Shown here in pieces: positions 51,422-61,925 of a stretch of 64,000 nucleotides of DNA; positions within the stretch are counted from its first letter, which is position 1; every line of letters starts with the position of its first letter. The notes beneath the pieces are model-generated. The model was given only the letters and a program-made list of their open reading frames with translations. It made no database searches and was not told where the DNA came from. The stretch is from the NCBI GenBank assembly GCA_963729605.1, contig CAVSNY010000007.1, positions 96,001 to 160,000 of the forward strand. Direction: 5' to 3'. The DNA comes from an uncultured Gammaproteobacteria bacterium. GTDB taxonomy: Bacteria; Pseudomonadota; Gammaproteobacteria; DRLM01. Both the position numbers and the translations under genes were made by a program.

Positions 51422-52708
51422 TTAGAGTTGCGAGAATACCTGTTCCGACGCGATCAGGGTGTTTTTGATCTCGCGTTTGCCGTGCGCGGCGGAAACGAAA
51501 CCCGCTTCGTAGGCCGACGGCGCGAGGTACACGCCCTGCGCCAGCATGCCGTGGAAGAACAGCTTGAAGCGCTCGACATTGCAGTTGGTCACCTGATAAT
51601 AATCCCGCACCGCTTTTTCCTCGGTGAAGAACAGGCCGAACATGCCGCCGACCTGATTGGTGGTGAGCGGGATGTCGAAGGCCTTGGCGCGCGTCACCAG
51701 GCCGTGGGTGAGGTGTTCGGTGCGGTCACTGAGTTCGGAGAAGAAGCCGGGCTTCTCGATCTCTTTCAACATCGCGAGGCCCGCCGCCATCGCCACCGGA
51801 TTACCCGACAGCGTGCCGGCCTGATACACCGGCCCGAGCGGCGCGATCTTTTCCATGATCACGCGCTTGCCGCCGAAGGCGCCGACCGGCAGGCCGCCGC
51901 CGATCACTTTGCCGAGCGTCGTGAGGTCGGGCGTGACTTTGTAATAGTGCCTGCGCGCCGCCGAGCGCGACGCGGAAGCCGGTCATCACTTCGTCGAAGA
52001 TCAGCACGCTGCCGTAGTCGTCGCAGAGCGTGCGCAGGCCCTCGAGAAAGCCGGGTTTGGGCAGCACGCAGTTCATGTTGCCCGCCACCGGCTCGACGAT
52101 GATGCAGGCGATTCTGGCCGCCGACTTGCGCGAAGGTGTCGCGCACCTGGTCGAGGTCGTTGTAGTCGAGGGTGATGGTGTGTTCGGCGAGCGCCGCCGG
52201 CACGCCGGCGCGAGGTCGGCACGCCCAGCGTCAGCGCGCCCGAGCCGGCCTTGACCAGCAGCGAATCGGCGTGGCCGTGGTAGCAGCCTTCGAATTTGAC
52301 GATCTTGTCGCGGCCGGTGAAACCGCGCGCGAGGCGGATCGCGCTCATGGTCGCTTCGGTGCCGGAACTCACCATGCGCACCATCTCGATCGACGGCACC
52401 AGCGCGCAGACCTTCTCCGCCATCTCGGTCTCGATGCGCGGTCGGCGCGCCGAAGCCGAGGCCGTTGTCGATCGCGCGCCTTCACCGCGGCGATCACCTC
52501 CGGATGCGCATGGCCCGAGAATCATCGGCCCCCACGAGCCGACGTAGTCGATGTATTGCCGGTCGTCCTCGTCGTAGAGATAGGCGCCTTCGCCGCGCTT
52601 GAAGAACAGCGGGTCGCCGCCGACGCCGCGGAAGGCGCGCACCGGCGAGTTGACGCCGCCGGGGATGTGGCGTTGGGCCTGGAGAAATAAATCGTGTGAG
52701 CGGGTCAT
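51422..52708 (-). CDS. hemL: Glutamate-1-semialdehyde 2,1-aminomutase, apparently frameshifted
   Basis: [39 protein letters not shown] and GGGLPVGA motifs lie in different frames. Confidence 0.92.
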
Positions 52709-52737
52709 CGAGACTCCTTAACAAGCAAGATGTAGTT

Positions 52738-53397
52738 TTATTTTATTGCAGTCTGCGCGGCGCGCCGCGGCGGCCTGAACAGGCGTGCGATCTCCATCGC
52801 CGCGCCTTGCGGGTCGGCCTGGCCGAACACGCCGTGGATCACCGCCAGCAGGTCGGCGCCCGCCGCGATCAGCGCGCCGCCGTTTTCGGCGTTGACGCCG
52901 CCGATGGCCGCGACGGGAATCCGCACTGCGCCTTTGGCCTCGCGCAACAAGTCGGGCGACGCCGGCACGGCCTCAGGTTTGGTGCGCGAAGGAAAGAACC
53001 GCCCGAACGCGACGTAACTGGCCCCGGCGGCCTCGGCCTGCACGGCGCGCGGCAATTCATTGTAACAGGACACACCGATGATGGCCGTGGCGCCGAGCCG
53101 CGCCCGTGCGCTGGAGAGCGCGCCATCGTCGCGGCCGAGGTGCACGCCGTCGGCGCCGATGTCGGCGGCGAGTTCGATGTCGTCGTTGATGATCAGCGGC
53201 ACCCGCGCGGCGCGGCACAGGCGCAGCAGCGCGGCGGCCAGCTGGCGCTGATCCGCGGGGTCGCTGCGCTTGTCACGGTATTGAAGCATCGCCGCGCCGC
53301 CGGCGAGGGCGGCGCCGACTTGTTCGGCGAGGCGCGACGGCGCGGTGAGCGCGGGATCGGTGATGGCGTAGAGGCCCCGCTGCCAGGCGGCGTTCAC
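52738..53397 (-). CDS. thiE: Thiamine-phosphate synthase
   Basis: GLYAITD, QYRDK, IINDD, GVHLG, SRTKP and AIGG; GTG start overlaps the thiD stop. Confidence 0.93.
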   Translation of the reverse strand: MNAAWQRGLYAITDPALTAPSRLAEQVGAALAGGAAMLQYRDKRSDPADQRQLAAALLRLCRAARVPLIINDDIELAADIGADGVHLGRDDGALSSARARLGATAIIGVSCYNELPRAVQAEAAGASYVAFGRFFPSRTKPEAVPASPDLLREAKGAVRIPVAAIGGVNAENGGALIAAGADLLAVIHGVFGQADPQGAAMEIARLFRPPRRAAQTAIK

Positions 53398-54215
53398 GTC
53401 TCCTCTTCCTCCTCCGACGACTGCGCCCAGAAGAAGCGGTTGGGCAGGCGCTGGCCCATGCCGAGGCGGTGACCGTGATTGAGCGCGTCCCACGTGTATT
53501 GTTGGGCCTCGCGCACGGCGGAGAGCGGGTCGAGCCCCTGCGCCAGCAGGCCGGCGGCGGCGGCGGCCAGGGTGCAGCCCGAGCCGTGGTAATGGGCGGG
53601 CAGGCGTTCCCAGCTGTAGGTTTCCAATTGGCGGCGATTGCCGTAGAGGGTGTTGACCACGTCGGTGGTGCGTTCGTGGGCGCCGGTGATCAGCACGTAT
53701 TCGCAGCCGGCCTCCAGCAGTTCCTGGGCGCAGGCCTCCAGGCTGTCGGCCTCCGGCGCCAGCATCCGCGCCTCGTGGCTGTTGGGGGTGAGCAGGGTGG
53801 TGTCGGGAAACAGGAGATTGACCAGGGCATCCATTACGTCGTCGTCGGAGAGCGCGCCGCCGCCGCCGGCGAGGATGATGGGGTCGAGCACCACCGGGAT
53901 GTCGGGATAGTCGGTCAAAATGGTGTGGACCGCCTCGACGTTTTCCACGCTGCCGAGCATGCCGATTTTGATGACGGCGACCGACATGTCTTCCAGCACC
54001 GCGCGGGCCTGTTCGATGACCAGGGTGGGATCGATCGCCGAATAGCCTTTGACGTTTTCGGTGTCTTGCACGGTGACGGCGGTGATGACCGGCGCGGCGT
54101 GGCAGCCCATGCTGGCGATGGCCTCGATGTCGGCCTGGATGCCGGCACCGCCGGTGGCGTCGGTGCCGCCGAAACACATGACGACGGGTATCCCTTCCTG
54201 TGCATTCATATTCAT
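53394..54215 (-). CDS. thiD: Hydroxymethylpyrimidine(-phosphate) kinase
   Basis: GGAGIQAD, TAVTVQD, TPN and HGSGCTLA. Confidence 0.9.
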   Translation of the reverse strand: MNMNAQEGIPVVMCFGGTDATGGAGIQADIEAIASMGCHAAPVITAVTVQDTENVKGYSAIDPTLVIEQARAVLEDMSVAVIKIGMLGSVENVEAVHTILTDYPDIPVVLDPIILAGGGGALSDDDVMDALVNLLFPDTTLLTPNSHEARMLAPEADSLEACAQELLEAGCEYVLITGAHERTTDVVNTLYGNRRQLETYSWERLPAHYHGSGCTLAAAAAGLLAQGLDPLSAVREAQQYTWDALNHGHRLGMGQRLPNRFFWAQSSEEEEET

Positions 54216-54337
54216 TCTCCAGCGGCTGCGCGTCCTCGGACGATGACGGCGATTGTAGCACTTCCGGCCTTTTACCGGCGCGGGGGACCGTGCGACAATT
54301 GGCGCCGCGTTTTTGAAATAGTCATTTGGAGGTTACA

Positions 54338-54529
54338 GTGCAATCCGATCTGTCCGGCGCAGACTACAAGCAGTACATGTGCCTCATTTGCGGCTTTATT
54401 TACGATGAGGCGTTAGGACGACCGGAAGAGGGCATCCCGCCGGGCACCCGGTGGGAAGACGTCCCTATTTATTGGAGCTGCCCCGATTGCGGCGCCGTCA
54501 AGGACGACTTCGAGATGGTGGAGATTTAA
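54338..54529 (+). CDS. Rubredoxin
   Basis: [10 protein letters not shown]...W.CPDCG; GGAGG RBS before GTG. Confidence 0.95.
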   Translation: MQSDLSGADYKQYMCLICGFIYDEALGRPEEGIPPGTRWEDVPIYWSCPDCGAVKDDFEMVEI

Positions 54530-54536
54530 AATTTAA

Positions 54537-54663
54537 AAAAGTCTTGAATAATCCCTCTGGAATTCTCAGGGCTGGGAAAGCGAAACATGCGATGTTCGCT
54601 TTCCTTCATTTTCAATGGCGGCGCATCCGGGTGTCGCGGGAACTGAACAAATCAGAGAGCCCC
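54537..54663 (+). repeat. MITE-like repeat, copy 4, TTAA-flanked
   Basis: TTAA|AAAAGTCTTGAATAATCCCTCTGGAATTCTCAGGGC...CCTTCATTTTCAATGGC...CTGAACAAATCAGAGAGCCCC|TTAA. Confidence 0.8.
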
Positions 54664-54858
54664 TTAATTTGACATGCCGCGCCGCGGGAGACCCCGCGTG
54701 ACGGCGCGGGTGCGGTTTTTTGATATGCGCAACCGCGTCCGGATTTGATCGCGCGGGCACGGCGTCTATTCCAATCATCGGCCTTGGCCTGCGACCCATT
54801 GCCGCAGGCCAAGGCCGGGCGGTTTGTTCATACTTGCGCAAAACTGCGAGCGGGCTAC

Positions 54859-56130
54859 GTGGACGACGACGGATTCAATCTCCCCTCTTCCAGCTTAAAT
54901 CTGCGACGGCTGGTCACCTTGCGCGCCATCACCTTGCTGGCGCAGCTGGCGGTGGTGTTGACCGCCCATTATGGTTTGGACGTGGCGTTGCGGTTGCCGG
55001 CGCTGTTGGGCGTGATCGCGCTGATGGCGGCGCTCAACGGTCTGAGCTGGTGGCGCATGCGCGGCGCGCGGCCGGTGACCGACGCCGAGCTGTTCGGGCA
55101 AATGCTGGTGGACGTGGCCGGGCTCAGCGCGCTGCTCTATTTCGCCGGCGGCGCCACCAATCCCTTCGTGATGTTGATGCTGCTGCCGTTGACCATGGCC
55201 GCCGCGGCCTTGCCGCCGCGGTTCAGCTGGAGCATGGCGGCGGTGATCGTGGCGTGTTACACCTTGCTGATGTTCGTTTATCAGCCCATCGGGGACGACC
55301 GGCACGCGCATAACGATCCCTTCGCCATGCATGTGCTGGGGATGTGGGTGGCCTTTGTGTTGAGCGTCGCGGTGGTGGCGTATTTCGTGGTGCGCATGGG
55401 CGAGACCCTGCGCGACCGCGAACGCCGCTTGGCGCAGGCGCGCGAGCGGGCCTTGCGCGACGCGCAGGTGGTGGCGCTGGGCGCGCTGGCGGCGGGCGCG
55501 GCCCACGAGTTGGGCACGCCCTTGGGTACTTTGGCGATACTGACCGGCGAATTGGAACGCGAACATGGCGGGGTGGCCGGGATCGCCGATACCGCGCGTC
55601 TGATGCGGAGCCAGGTGACGCGCTGCAAAGAGGCGTTGTCGCGCTTGACCGCCGATGCGGATCATCCGTCGGCGGAGGCGGCGTACCCGCAATCCGCCGA
55701 TGCCTTTCTCGACACCGGCCTCGCGCATTGGCGCGCGCTGCGGCCCACCGCCGTGGTCGATACGCGTTGGCGCGGGGCGCGGCCCGGCCCGCAGCTGTTG
55801 GCCGGCGCCGCCTTGCAACAGGCCTTGATCAATGTGCTGGACAACGCGGCGGATGCCTCGCCGCGCGGCGTGACGCTCAGCGGCGACTGGGACGGGGACG
55901 CCCTGGTGATAGAGGTGCATGACCAGGGCGGCGGGTTTTCCGCCGAGGTGCTGGCGGTGGCGGGCCGGCGCATGATCAGTACCAAAAGCGGTGAACAGGG
56001 CATGGGCATCGGTTTATTACTGACCCGCGCCGCGGTGGAGCGTTATGGCGGACGGATGGAATGTTTCAATCGGGGCGGCGGCGCGTGCGTGCGGATCAGC
56101 CTGCCTTTATTGACGGTGCGGACGCCGTGA
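54859..56130 (+). CDS. regB: RegB/PrrB-type sensor histidine kinase
   Basis: GGATNPF quinone-binding motif, AAHELGTPL, DNAADA and GMGIGL; start approximate. Confidence 0.9.
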   Translation: MDDDGFNLPSSSLNLRRLVTLRAITLLAQLAVVLTAHYGLDVALRLPALLGVIALMAALNGLSWWRMRGARPVTDAELFGQMLVDVAGLSALLYFAGGATNPFVMLMLLPLTMAAAALPPRFSWSMAAVIVACYTLLMFVYQPIGDDRHAHNDPFAMHVLGMWVAFVLSVAVVAYFVVRMGETLRDRERRLAQARERALRDAQVVALGALAAGAAHELGTPLGTLAILTGELEREHGGVAGIADTARLMRSQVTRCKEALSRLTADADHPSAEAAYPQSADAFLDTGLAHWRALRPTAVVDTRWRGARPGPQLLAGAALQQALINVLDNAADASPRGVTLSGDWDGDALVIEVHDQGGGFSAEVLAVAGRRMISTKSGEQGMGIGLLLTRAAVERYGGRMECFNRGGGACVRISLPLLTVRTP

Positions 56131-56675
56131 TGCCCGGGATCGACCAGACTTTTTTGCTGCTGGTGGATGACGACCCGGTTTATTGCCAGGTATTGGCGCG
56201 GGCCTTGGCCAAGCGCGGTTTCGCGGTGGAGGTCGCGCATGATGTGGCCGCCGCGCTGGCCCGGCTGGAGGACGGCACGCCCCAATTCGCGGTGGTCGAT
56301 CTCAATCTGCCGGGCCCTTCCGGCTTGACCCTGGTGCAGGCGCTGCACGGGCGCAATCCCGCGGCGCGGATCGTCGTCCTCACCGGTTATGCCAGCATCG
56401 CCACCGCGGTGGAGGCCATCAAGCTGGGCGCCACCTATTATCTGGCGAAACCGGCCGAGGCGGATGAGATCGTCGCCGCGCTGTCGAGCGGCGAGGCGGG
56501 GAATCCCGACCTGGAGGTGTTGCCGCGGCCGATGTCGGTGAACCGGCTCGAGTGGGAGCATTTGCAAAAGGTGTTGGCGGAGTGCGGCGGCAATATTTCC
56601 GAGGCCTCGCGCCGCCTGGGCATGCACCGGCGCAGTTTGCAGCGTAAGCTTAAAAAGCGTCCGGCGCGCAGTTGA
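56130..56675 (+). CDS. regA: RegA/PrrA-type response regulator
   Basis: LTGYASIATAVEAIKLGA and RLEWEHLQ.VL....GNIS...RRLGMHRRSLQRKL. Confidence 0.93.
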   Translation: MPGIDQTFLLLVDDDPVYCQVLARALAKRGFAVEVAHDVAAALARLEDGTPQFAVVDLNLPGPSGLTLVQALHGRNPAARIVVLTGYASIATAVEAIKLGATYYLAKPAEADEIVAALSSGEAGNPDLEVLPRPMSVNRLEWEHLQKVLAECGGNISEASRRLGMHRRSLQRKLKKRPARS

Positions 56676-56702
56676 CCGGCTCGTTGGACGAGTCTAAAAA
56701 AA

Positions 56703-56730
56703 CAAAAGCCAGCCCGAGGGCTGGCTTTTG
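56703..56730. terminator. Bidirectional terminator between regA and the cytochrome c gene
   Basis: CAAAAGCCAGCCC-GA-GGGCTGGCTTTTG preceded by an A run. Confidence 0.85.
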
Positions 56731-56752
56731 ATCTGCCACTACTAAAACGAGA

Positions 56753-57088
56753 TCAGGGCAGCGCGAGCAGGAAATCGACCAACTTTTCGATGTCGGCGTC
56801 AGCAACGCGGGGGGAGTACGGAGGCATTGGTACGCCGCCGGTGAGTTCGGTCCAGTTACCCTTGCCGCCTTTTTTCACTTTTTCAACCAAAGTAGCCTTG
56901 GCACCGGCGTCGCCCTTGTATTTTTTGGCGACGTCACCCCAGCTGGGGCCAACGACTTTTTTGTCGACGGCGTGGCAGGCCAAGCAACCGGCCTTCTTCG
57001 CCAAGTCCATGCCCTCTTCGGCGTTCGCCTGAGCGGCCGCCATCATCAACACCGCTGCAGCGGATATGCTCAACAAACGTGCTTTCAT
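56753..57088 (-). CDS. Periplasmic monoheme cytochrome c (c551/c552 type)
   Basis: Signal peptide, GCLACH, KVVGP and PMPP (Met ligand). Confidence 0.93.
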   Translation of the reverse strand: MKARLLSISAAAVLMMAAAQANAEEGMDLAKKAGCLACHAVDKKVVGPSWGDVAKKYKGDAGAKATLVEKVKKGGKGNWTELTGGVPMPPYSPRVADADIEKLVDFLLALP

Positions 57089-57409
57089 CGGTTTCTCCTT
57101 CACTCGTATTGTGTTACCAACATAAAACCGCGCTCCACAGGGAGCTTTGCCCCTTGACTATGAGCGCTTGGATGGTCTTGGGGATTGTTTAAGGACAGTG
57201 AATTCCAGTCGGTAGCACGCCCTCCCCATGCTCCCTCGTCCAAGTCGTATAACGGCTTGCCGGGGCTTTATGCCATGGGCTTGGCAGAAGTGTCAAGGTA
57301 CGGCGCTGGGAATTTACGCAAAGGGCCGTAGCATGGCAAGAGTGAATTGGTTAGAGTTGGAGGTTACGTAGCATTTGGTCGGGGATGTCGGCGCGAGGGA
57401 TGTCGGAAA

Positions 57410-58438
57410 ATGGGGTCGCGGGTTTTGCTGTTGGCAAGCTGGGTGATGGGAGTGGGCATGAGCGCGGCGGCCGCGGTGTCGGCGTCGGAATGCGCGCAGT
57501 GCCATACGGGTATGGATCACCGCCGCCTGCAGGTGACGGTGGGAAGTGAATGCGTCAGTTGCCACCGCGACGCGACTCGGGCCAAGCAAACCGCCATGAC
57601 GGCGCCCAAATCGGCGGGCCACTTACGGCGGGTGGCGGCCCGGGACGAGCCGGTTCACGCGCCGGCCGCCAAAGCCCGGCCCCCGGTGAGCGCCGAGCCC
57701 AATCCGATGGTGCTGATACCCGCCGGCGAGTTCGTGATGGGCAGCGACGACCGTCTGCCCGACGAGGGGCCGCGCCATACAGTGACCTTGGACGCGTACT
57801 GGCTGGATGTCTATGAAGTCACCAATGCGCAGTACAAAAAATTCATCGACGCTAGCGGGCGGCGTTCCCCCGGCCACTTCCGTAACCGCACCTATCCGCA
57901 GGGCAAGGCCGATCACCCCGTCACCGAGGTGACCTGGTATGACGCGGAGGCCTATTGCGCCTGGGCGGGCAAGCGCCTGCCCAGCGATCAAGAATGGGAG
58001 AAGGGCGCGCGCGGCGGCGACGGCCGGATGTTCCCCTGGGGTGATGAGTTCGACGCCGAGAAGGCCAACACGCCGCTGCGCTGGGCCAAGCTCAAGCAAG
58101 AGGGCGATACCCTGCCGGTAGGATCGTTTCCGGACGGGGTGAGTCCCTATGGCCTGTACGACATGTCGGGTAATGTCTGGGAATGGACCTCATCTTGGTA
58201 TCAAGCTTATCCCGGCAATACCCATCCCAGCGAAAATTACGGCGAGCAGTACAAGACCCTCAAGGGCGGTTCGTGGTGGGATTGTTCGTTCTACAAATGC
58301 GGGATCTCGGCGCCGGTGTTCAATCGCAGTTTCTTTTTGCGGGGCACCCACAATAAGAGTTTCGGTTTTCGCTGCGCGAAAGACGCGGCGCCGCAGGATA
58401 AACAAAAAGTCGCCAAAATTCAGGAGAATTTGCCATGA
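57410..58438 (+). CDS. FGE/SUMF1-family protein with N-terminal double CxxCH (putative diheme c) domain
   Basis: Signal peptide, CAQCH and CVSCH; FGE motifs F.MGS, YEVTNAQY, RLPSDQEWE, YGLYDMSGNVWEW, KGGSWWDCSFYKC and GFRC. Confidence 0.88.
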   Translation: MGSRVLLLASWVMGVGMSAAAAVSASECAQCHTGMDHRRLQVTVGSECVSCHRDATRAKQTAMTAPKSAGHLRRVAARDEPVHAPAAKARPPVSAEPNPMVLIPAGEFVMGSDDRLPDEGPRHTVTLDAYWLDVYEVTNAQYKKFIDASGRRSPGHFRNRTYPQGKADHPVTEVTWYDAEAYCAWAGKRLPSDQEWEKGARGGDGRMFPWGDEFDAEKANTPLRWAKLKQEGDTLPVGSFPDGVSPYGLYDMSGNVWEWTSSWYQAYPGNTHPSENYGEQYKTLKGGSWWDCSFYKCGISAPVFNRSFFLRGTHNKSFGFRCAKDAAPQDKQKVAKIQENLP

Positions 58439-59409
58439 GATGGAATAACTTCCGGGGGTGGTGGCGGGCGGGTCTGATATTGATGTCCTGCGTCGGCGTA
58501 CTGCGCGGCGCGGCGGCGGGGGACGACATGGTCTTGGTGGCCGGCGGCGTCTTCACCATGGGCAGCGATCGGGTAGCGAGCGAGGATGAAAGTGCCGGGG
58601 TGGGGACCAACAAACCCTGGTATGCGGACGAACGCCCCGCCCACCCGGTGGAATTGCCGGCCTTTCTCATCGACCGCTATGAGACGACCGATGCCCAATA
58701 CTTGCAATTCGTGGTCGCGACGGGCCACACGCCGCCCTTGCTGTGGGTACAAAACGGTTACCTGCTCAGCGCCCGCCGCCAGGAACTGGCCAAGCTCGAC
58801 ATCGAACGGCTGCGCCATTTGGCGGTGAAGACCTTCAAAATCGATGCGGACACCGGGGTCATGAGTAAAGAGAAGTTATTGGCCGCGATCGACGCCCGGC
58901 TGAGCGAGCTGGACAAAGAGCCGGTGACCAATGTGAGCTGGCACGACGCCGAGGCCTATTGCGCATGGGCCGGCAAGCGTCTGCCTAAAGAGGCGGAATG
59001 GGAAAAGGCGGCGCGGGGCCGCGACGGCCTGGAATTCCCCTGGGGCAATCAGTGGGCGGCCGGCCGCAGCAACGCCGGCGAAGAGATCTGGGAGGACGGC
59101 GTGGCGCCGGTGGGTTCTTATCCCAGCGACAAATCGCCCTACGGCGTGTACGACCTGGCGGGCAACGTGGCCGAATGGGTACAGGAGTGGTATCAGCCCT
59201 ACCCGGGCGCCGAATACCAGAGCAAGGATTTCGGCGAAAAATTCAAGGTGGTGCGCGGTGCGGGCTGGGGCCGGGAAGGTCATTACGCCATGCACCAGTT
59301 CCAGCGCGCCGCGTACCGGTTTTATCTGCCGCCGGAGGCGACCCTGGATGACGTGGGTTTCCGCTGCGTGAAAGAAGTGGCCGCCAAAACCGCGCAACCG
59401 GGCGGCTGA
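58435..59409 (+). CDS. Exported FGE/SUMF1-family protein lacking the catalytic cysteine pair
   Basis: FTMGS, RLPKEAEWEKAARG, YDLAGNVAEW, VRGAGWGREGHYAMH and GFRC; ATGA overlap with the upstream gene. Confidence 0.88.
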   Translation: MRWNNFRGWWRAGLILMSCVGVLRGAAAGDDMVLVAGGVFTMGSDRVASEDESAGVGTNKPWYADERPAHPVELPAFLIDRYETTDAQYLQFVVATGHTPPLLWVQNGYLLSARRQELAKLDIERLRHLAVKTFKIDADTGVMSKEKLLAAIDARLSELDKEPVTNVSWHDAEAYCAWAGKRLPKEAEWEKAARGRDGLEFPWGNQWAAGRSNAGEEIWEDGVAPVGSYPSDKSPYGVYDLAGNVAEWVQEWYQPYPGAEYQSKDFGEKFKVVRGAGWGREGHYAMHQFQRAAYRFYLPPEATLDDVGFRCVKEVAAKTAQPGG

Positions 59410-59420
59410 CGGGGTGCCGC

Positions 59421-60056
59421 TTAGACGCGGCGGGCCAGATAATTCATCAGGAATTCGACGATCTCGACCCGGTTGTAGGCCTCTTGCAACGACCCGCCCC
59501 ACACCGTGACGCCGTGTTGATGAATCATCAGGGCGGGCACCGGCGGCGGCGCGGCGGCGAAGCGGGCCTCGATCTCGGCGGCGATGGCCGGTACGTCCAG
59601 CCAATTGGCGAAGAGCGGCAGCGCCACCCGCGGGTTTGCCTCCCAGATCCCCAAGCCCTTGATCATTTCCAGGGGCGGCAGCGGCAGGTCCGTCGCTTGC
59701 GGCCCGCTCCGGGCCGCGGCCAGGCTGGCGTCCACCGTGTGGACGTGCAGGCAGGCGCGGGCCGCCGGGAACAGCCGGTATATCGCCTGGTGGATCGAGG
59801 TTTCCGCCGAAGGTTTGATGCCGGCCCGTCCCAGTTCCAGCACCTGCCCGTCGGCCAAGCCCATGCGCAGGAAATCCGCGCTGTCCAGGCGGCCTTTGGC
59901 CTGCCCGCTGGCGGTGATCCAAAAACTGTTCGGATCGGCGCGGTCGCGCGCGCTCAAATTGCCGGCGGTGCCGGCCATCCAGCCCCGCCCGTGAAAGTCG
60001 CGGGCGATTTCGGCCAGGGCCTGGCACGGTTCTAAATCGTCGAATGAGCGAGACAC
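59421..60056 (-). CDS. mtnB: Methylthioribulose-1-phosphate dehydratase
   Basis: GWMAGTAGNLS, ITASG, KPSAET..H, HVH, EMIKG and HGVTVWG. Confidence 0.88.
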   Translation of the reverse strand: MSRSFDDLEPCQALAEIARDFHGRGWMAGTAGNLSARDRADPNSFWITASGQAKGRLDSADFLRMGLADGQVLELGRAGIKPSAETSIHQAIYRLFPAARACLHVHTVDASLAAARSGPQATDLPLPPLEMIKGLGIWEANPRVALPLFANWLDVPAIAAEIEARFAAAPPPVPALMIHQHGVTVWGGSLQEAYNRVEIVEFLMNYLARRV

Positions 60057-60083
60057 AAGAGGTCCTTGGAATGCGCGCTAAGG

Positions 60084-61385
60084 CTAGCCCGGCCGCGCGC
60101 CGGTCTTGGCCCCGCGCGGTGACCGTGCCCGGCGGGGACGCGAGTCGCGGCCGCCTTCACGGCCGCCGCCGCGGCGCGGCGGGTCGGGGCGATGGCGCGG
60201 GGTGTGGGCCGGCCGGGTGATCTCGGCCAGGAGCGCGGGATCGACCGGCGCGCTGGGGATGGGGTGGCCAATGTATTTTTCGATCTCGGGTAAGGAGAAG
60301 GCGTAGGTCTCGCAGACGAAGCTGATGGCGTCGCCGCTCGCGCCCGCCCGCGCGGTGCGGCCGATGCGATGCACGTAATCCTCGGCGTCCTGCGGCAGGT
60401 CGAAGTTGATGACGTGGGTCACGCCGGGAATATGCAGTCCGCGCGCCGCGACGTCGGTGGCCACCAGAATCGGGATTTCGCCCCGCTCGAACTGGGACAA
60501 AAACTGCAAACGTTTTTTCTGCGGCACGTCGCCGGACAACATGGCGGCGGGGAAACCGTTGCATTCCAAATAGGCGTGCACATCCTCGGCGGTGCGTTTG
60601 GTGTTGACGAACAGCATGGTGCGGGTGGCATCCATGGCGCGCAGCAGGCCGATCAGCAGCGGCATCTTCTCTTCGTTGGCCGGATAATAAGTGAGTTCCT
60701 GAATTCGCTCGGCGGTGACTTTATCGGTTTCGATCTTCACCAGTTGCGGATTGTTCATGTGCTCATAGGCCAGTTCGGTGACCCGGAACGACAGCGTGGC
60801 GGAAAACAGCATGCTCAGCCGTTTTTCCGGCTTGGGCATGCGCCGCAGCATGTAGCGGATGTCTTTGATGAAGCCGAGATCGAACATGCGATCGGCCTCG
60901 TCCACCACCACTACCTCCACTTCGCGCAGATCGAACACATGTTGTTTATGGTAGTCGATGAGGCGGCCGGGCGTGCCGATCACCATGTCCACGCCCTCTT
61001 CCAGCTGTTTGCGCTGGGTTTCATAGCCGGCGCCGCCATAAATCAGCGCGAGCTTCAGCCCGGTATATTTACCCAGCAGTTCGGCGTCTTTATGGATCTG
61101 CACCGCCAATTCGCGGGTGGGGGCGATGATCAAGGCCCGCGGCGATTTGCCGGGGCGCGGCGGACGGCGCAACAAATGGGTCATGGTCGCCAGTAAATAG
61201 GCCGCGGTTTTGCCGGTGCCGGTCTGGGCCTGCCCCGCCACATCCTGCCCGGCCAGGGCCAGCGGCAGGGTTTGCGCTTGGATCGGCGTACACTCGCTGA
61301 AACCGGCGTCTTTGATGCCTCGCTGCAAGGGTTCGGGGAAATCGAAACTGGCGAGATGGGTCTCTGTAAGATGTCGTTTACTCAT
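60084..61385 (-). CDS. rhlB: DEAD-box RNA helicase RhlB
   Basis: [23 protein letters not shown] and HRIGRTAR; divergent from trxA-rho. Confidence 0.93.
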   Translation of the reverse strand: MSKRHLTETHLASFDFPEPLQRGIKDAGFSECTPIQAQTLPLALAGQDVAGQAQTGTGKTAAYLLATMTHLLRRPPRPGKSPRALIIAPTRELAVQIHKDAELLGKYTGLKLALIYGGAGYETQRKQLEEGVDMVIGTPGRLIDYHKQHVFDLREVEVVVVDEADRMFDLGFIKDIRYMLRRMPKPEKRLSMLFSATLSFRVTELAYEHMNNPQLVKIETDKVTAERIQELTYYPANEEKMPLLIGLLRAMDATRTMLFVNTKRTAEDVHAYLECNGFPAAMLSGDVPQKKRLQFLSQFERGEIPILVATDVAARGLHIPGVTHVINFDLPQDAEDYVHRIGRTARAGASGDAISFVCETYAFSLPEIEKYIGHPIPSAPVDPALLAEITRPAHTPRHRPDPPRRGGGREGGRDSRPRRARSPRGAKTGARPG

Positions 61386-61598
61386 GCGGGCACAGCATAT
61401 CAGAAATGTCCGAATACGCTACGGACTTGCAATCCGCGCCGGTTTGCGCTTGAATCTAAATTCAGTGCGTTGCGATTGCAATCGGGATAGGCTATCTTAA
61501 CCGGCACGACGCTAAACAAGGTCTTCCGCGCTGGTTCTACTAGAAGTGTGCAGCGGTGTCCTACAAAGAATTACTTTCCTGACTGGAGAATGCCAATA

Positions 61599-61925
61599 GT
61601 GAGCGATCAAATTGTTCATGTCACCGACGCGACATTTGACGACGTGGTGCTCAAAGCGGACGGCCCGGTGCTGGTGGATTTTTGGGCGGACTGGTGCGGT
61701 CCCTGCAAAATGATCGCCCCTATCTTGGACGACGTTTCCAAGGATTATGCCGGCAAGCTTCAAGTCGCCAAGTTGAACATCGACGAAAACCCGGCGACGC
61801 CGCCCAAATACGGTATTCGCGGCATCCCGACTTTGATGCTCTTCAAGAACGGCAATGTCGAGGCGACCAAGGTGGGCGCCGTCTCCAAGTCGCAGTTGAC
61901 CGCGTTCATCGATAGCAATATGTAA
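61599..61925 (+). CDS. trxA: Thioredoxin 1
   Basis: WCGPCK and GIPTL; GTG start inferred. Confidence 0.97.
   Translation: MSDQIVHVTDATFDDVVLKADGPVLVDFWADWCGPCKMIAPILDDVSKDYAGKLQVAKLNIDENPATPPKYGIRGIPTLMLFKNGNVEATKVGAVSKSQLTAFIDSNM

Noticed and set aside
52738-54261. 507-aa ThiD-ThiE fusion
   Set aside because: The N-terminal part is an off-frame reading of thiD; thiD and thiE are separate genes with a 4-bp overlap.
54216-54330. TPP riboswitch ahead of thiD-thiE
   Set aside because: No CTGAGA/ACCTGA core, and the intergenic region is short and holds divergent promoters.
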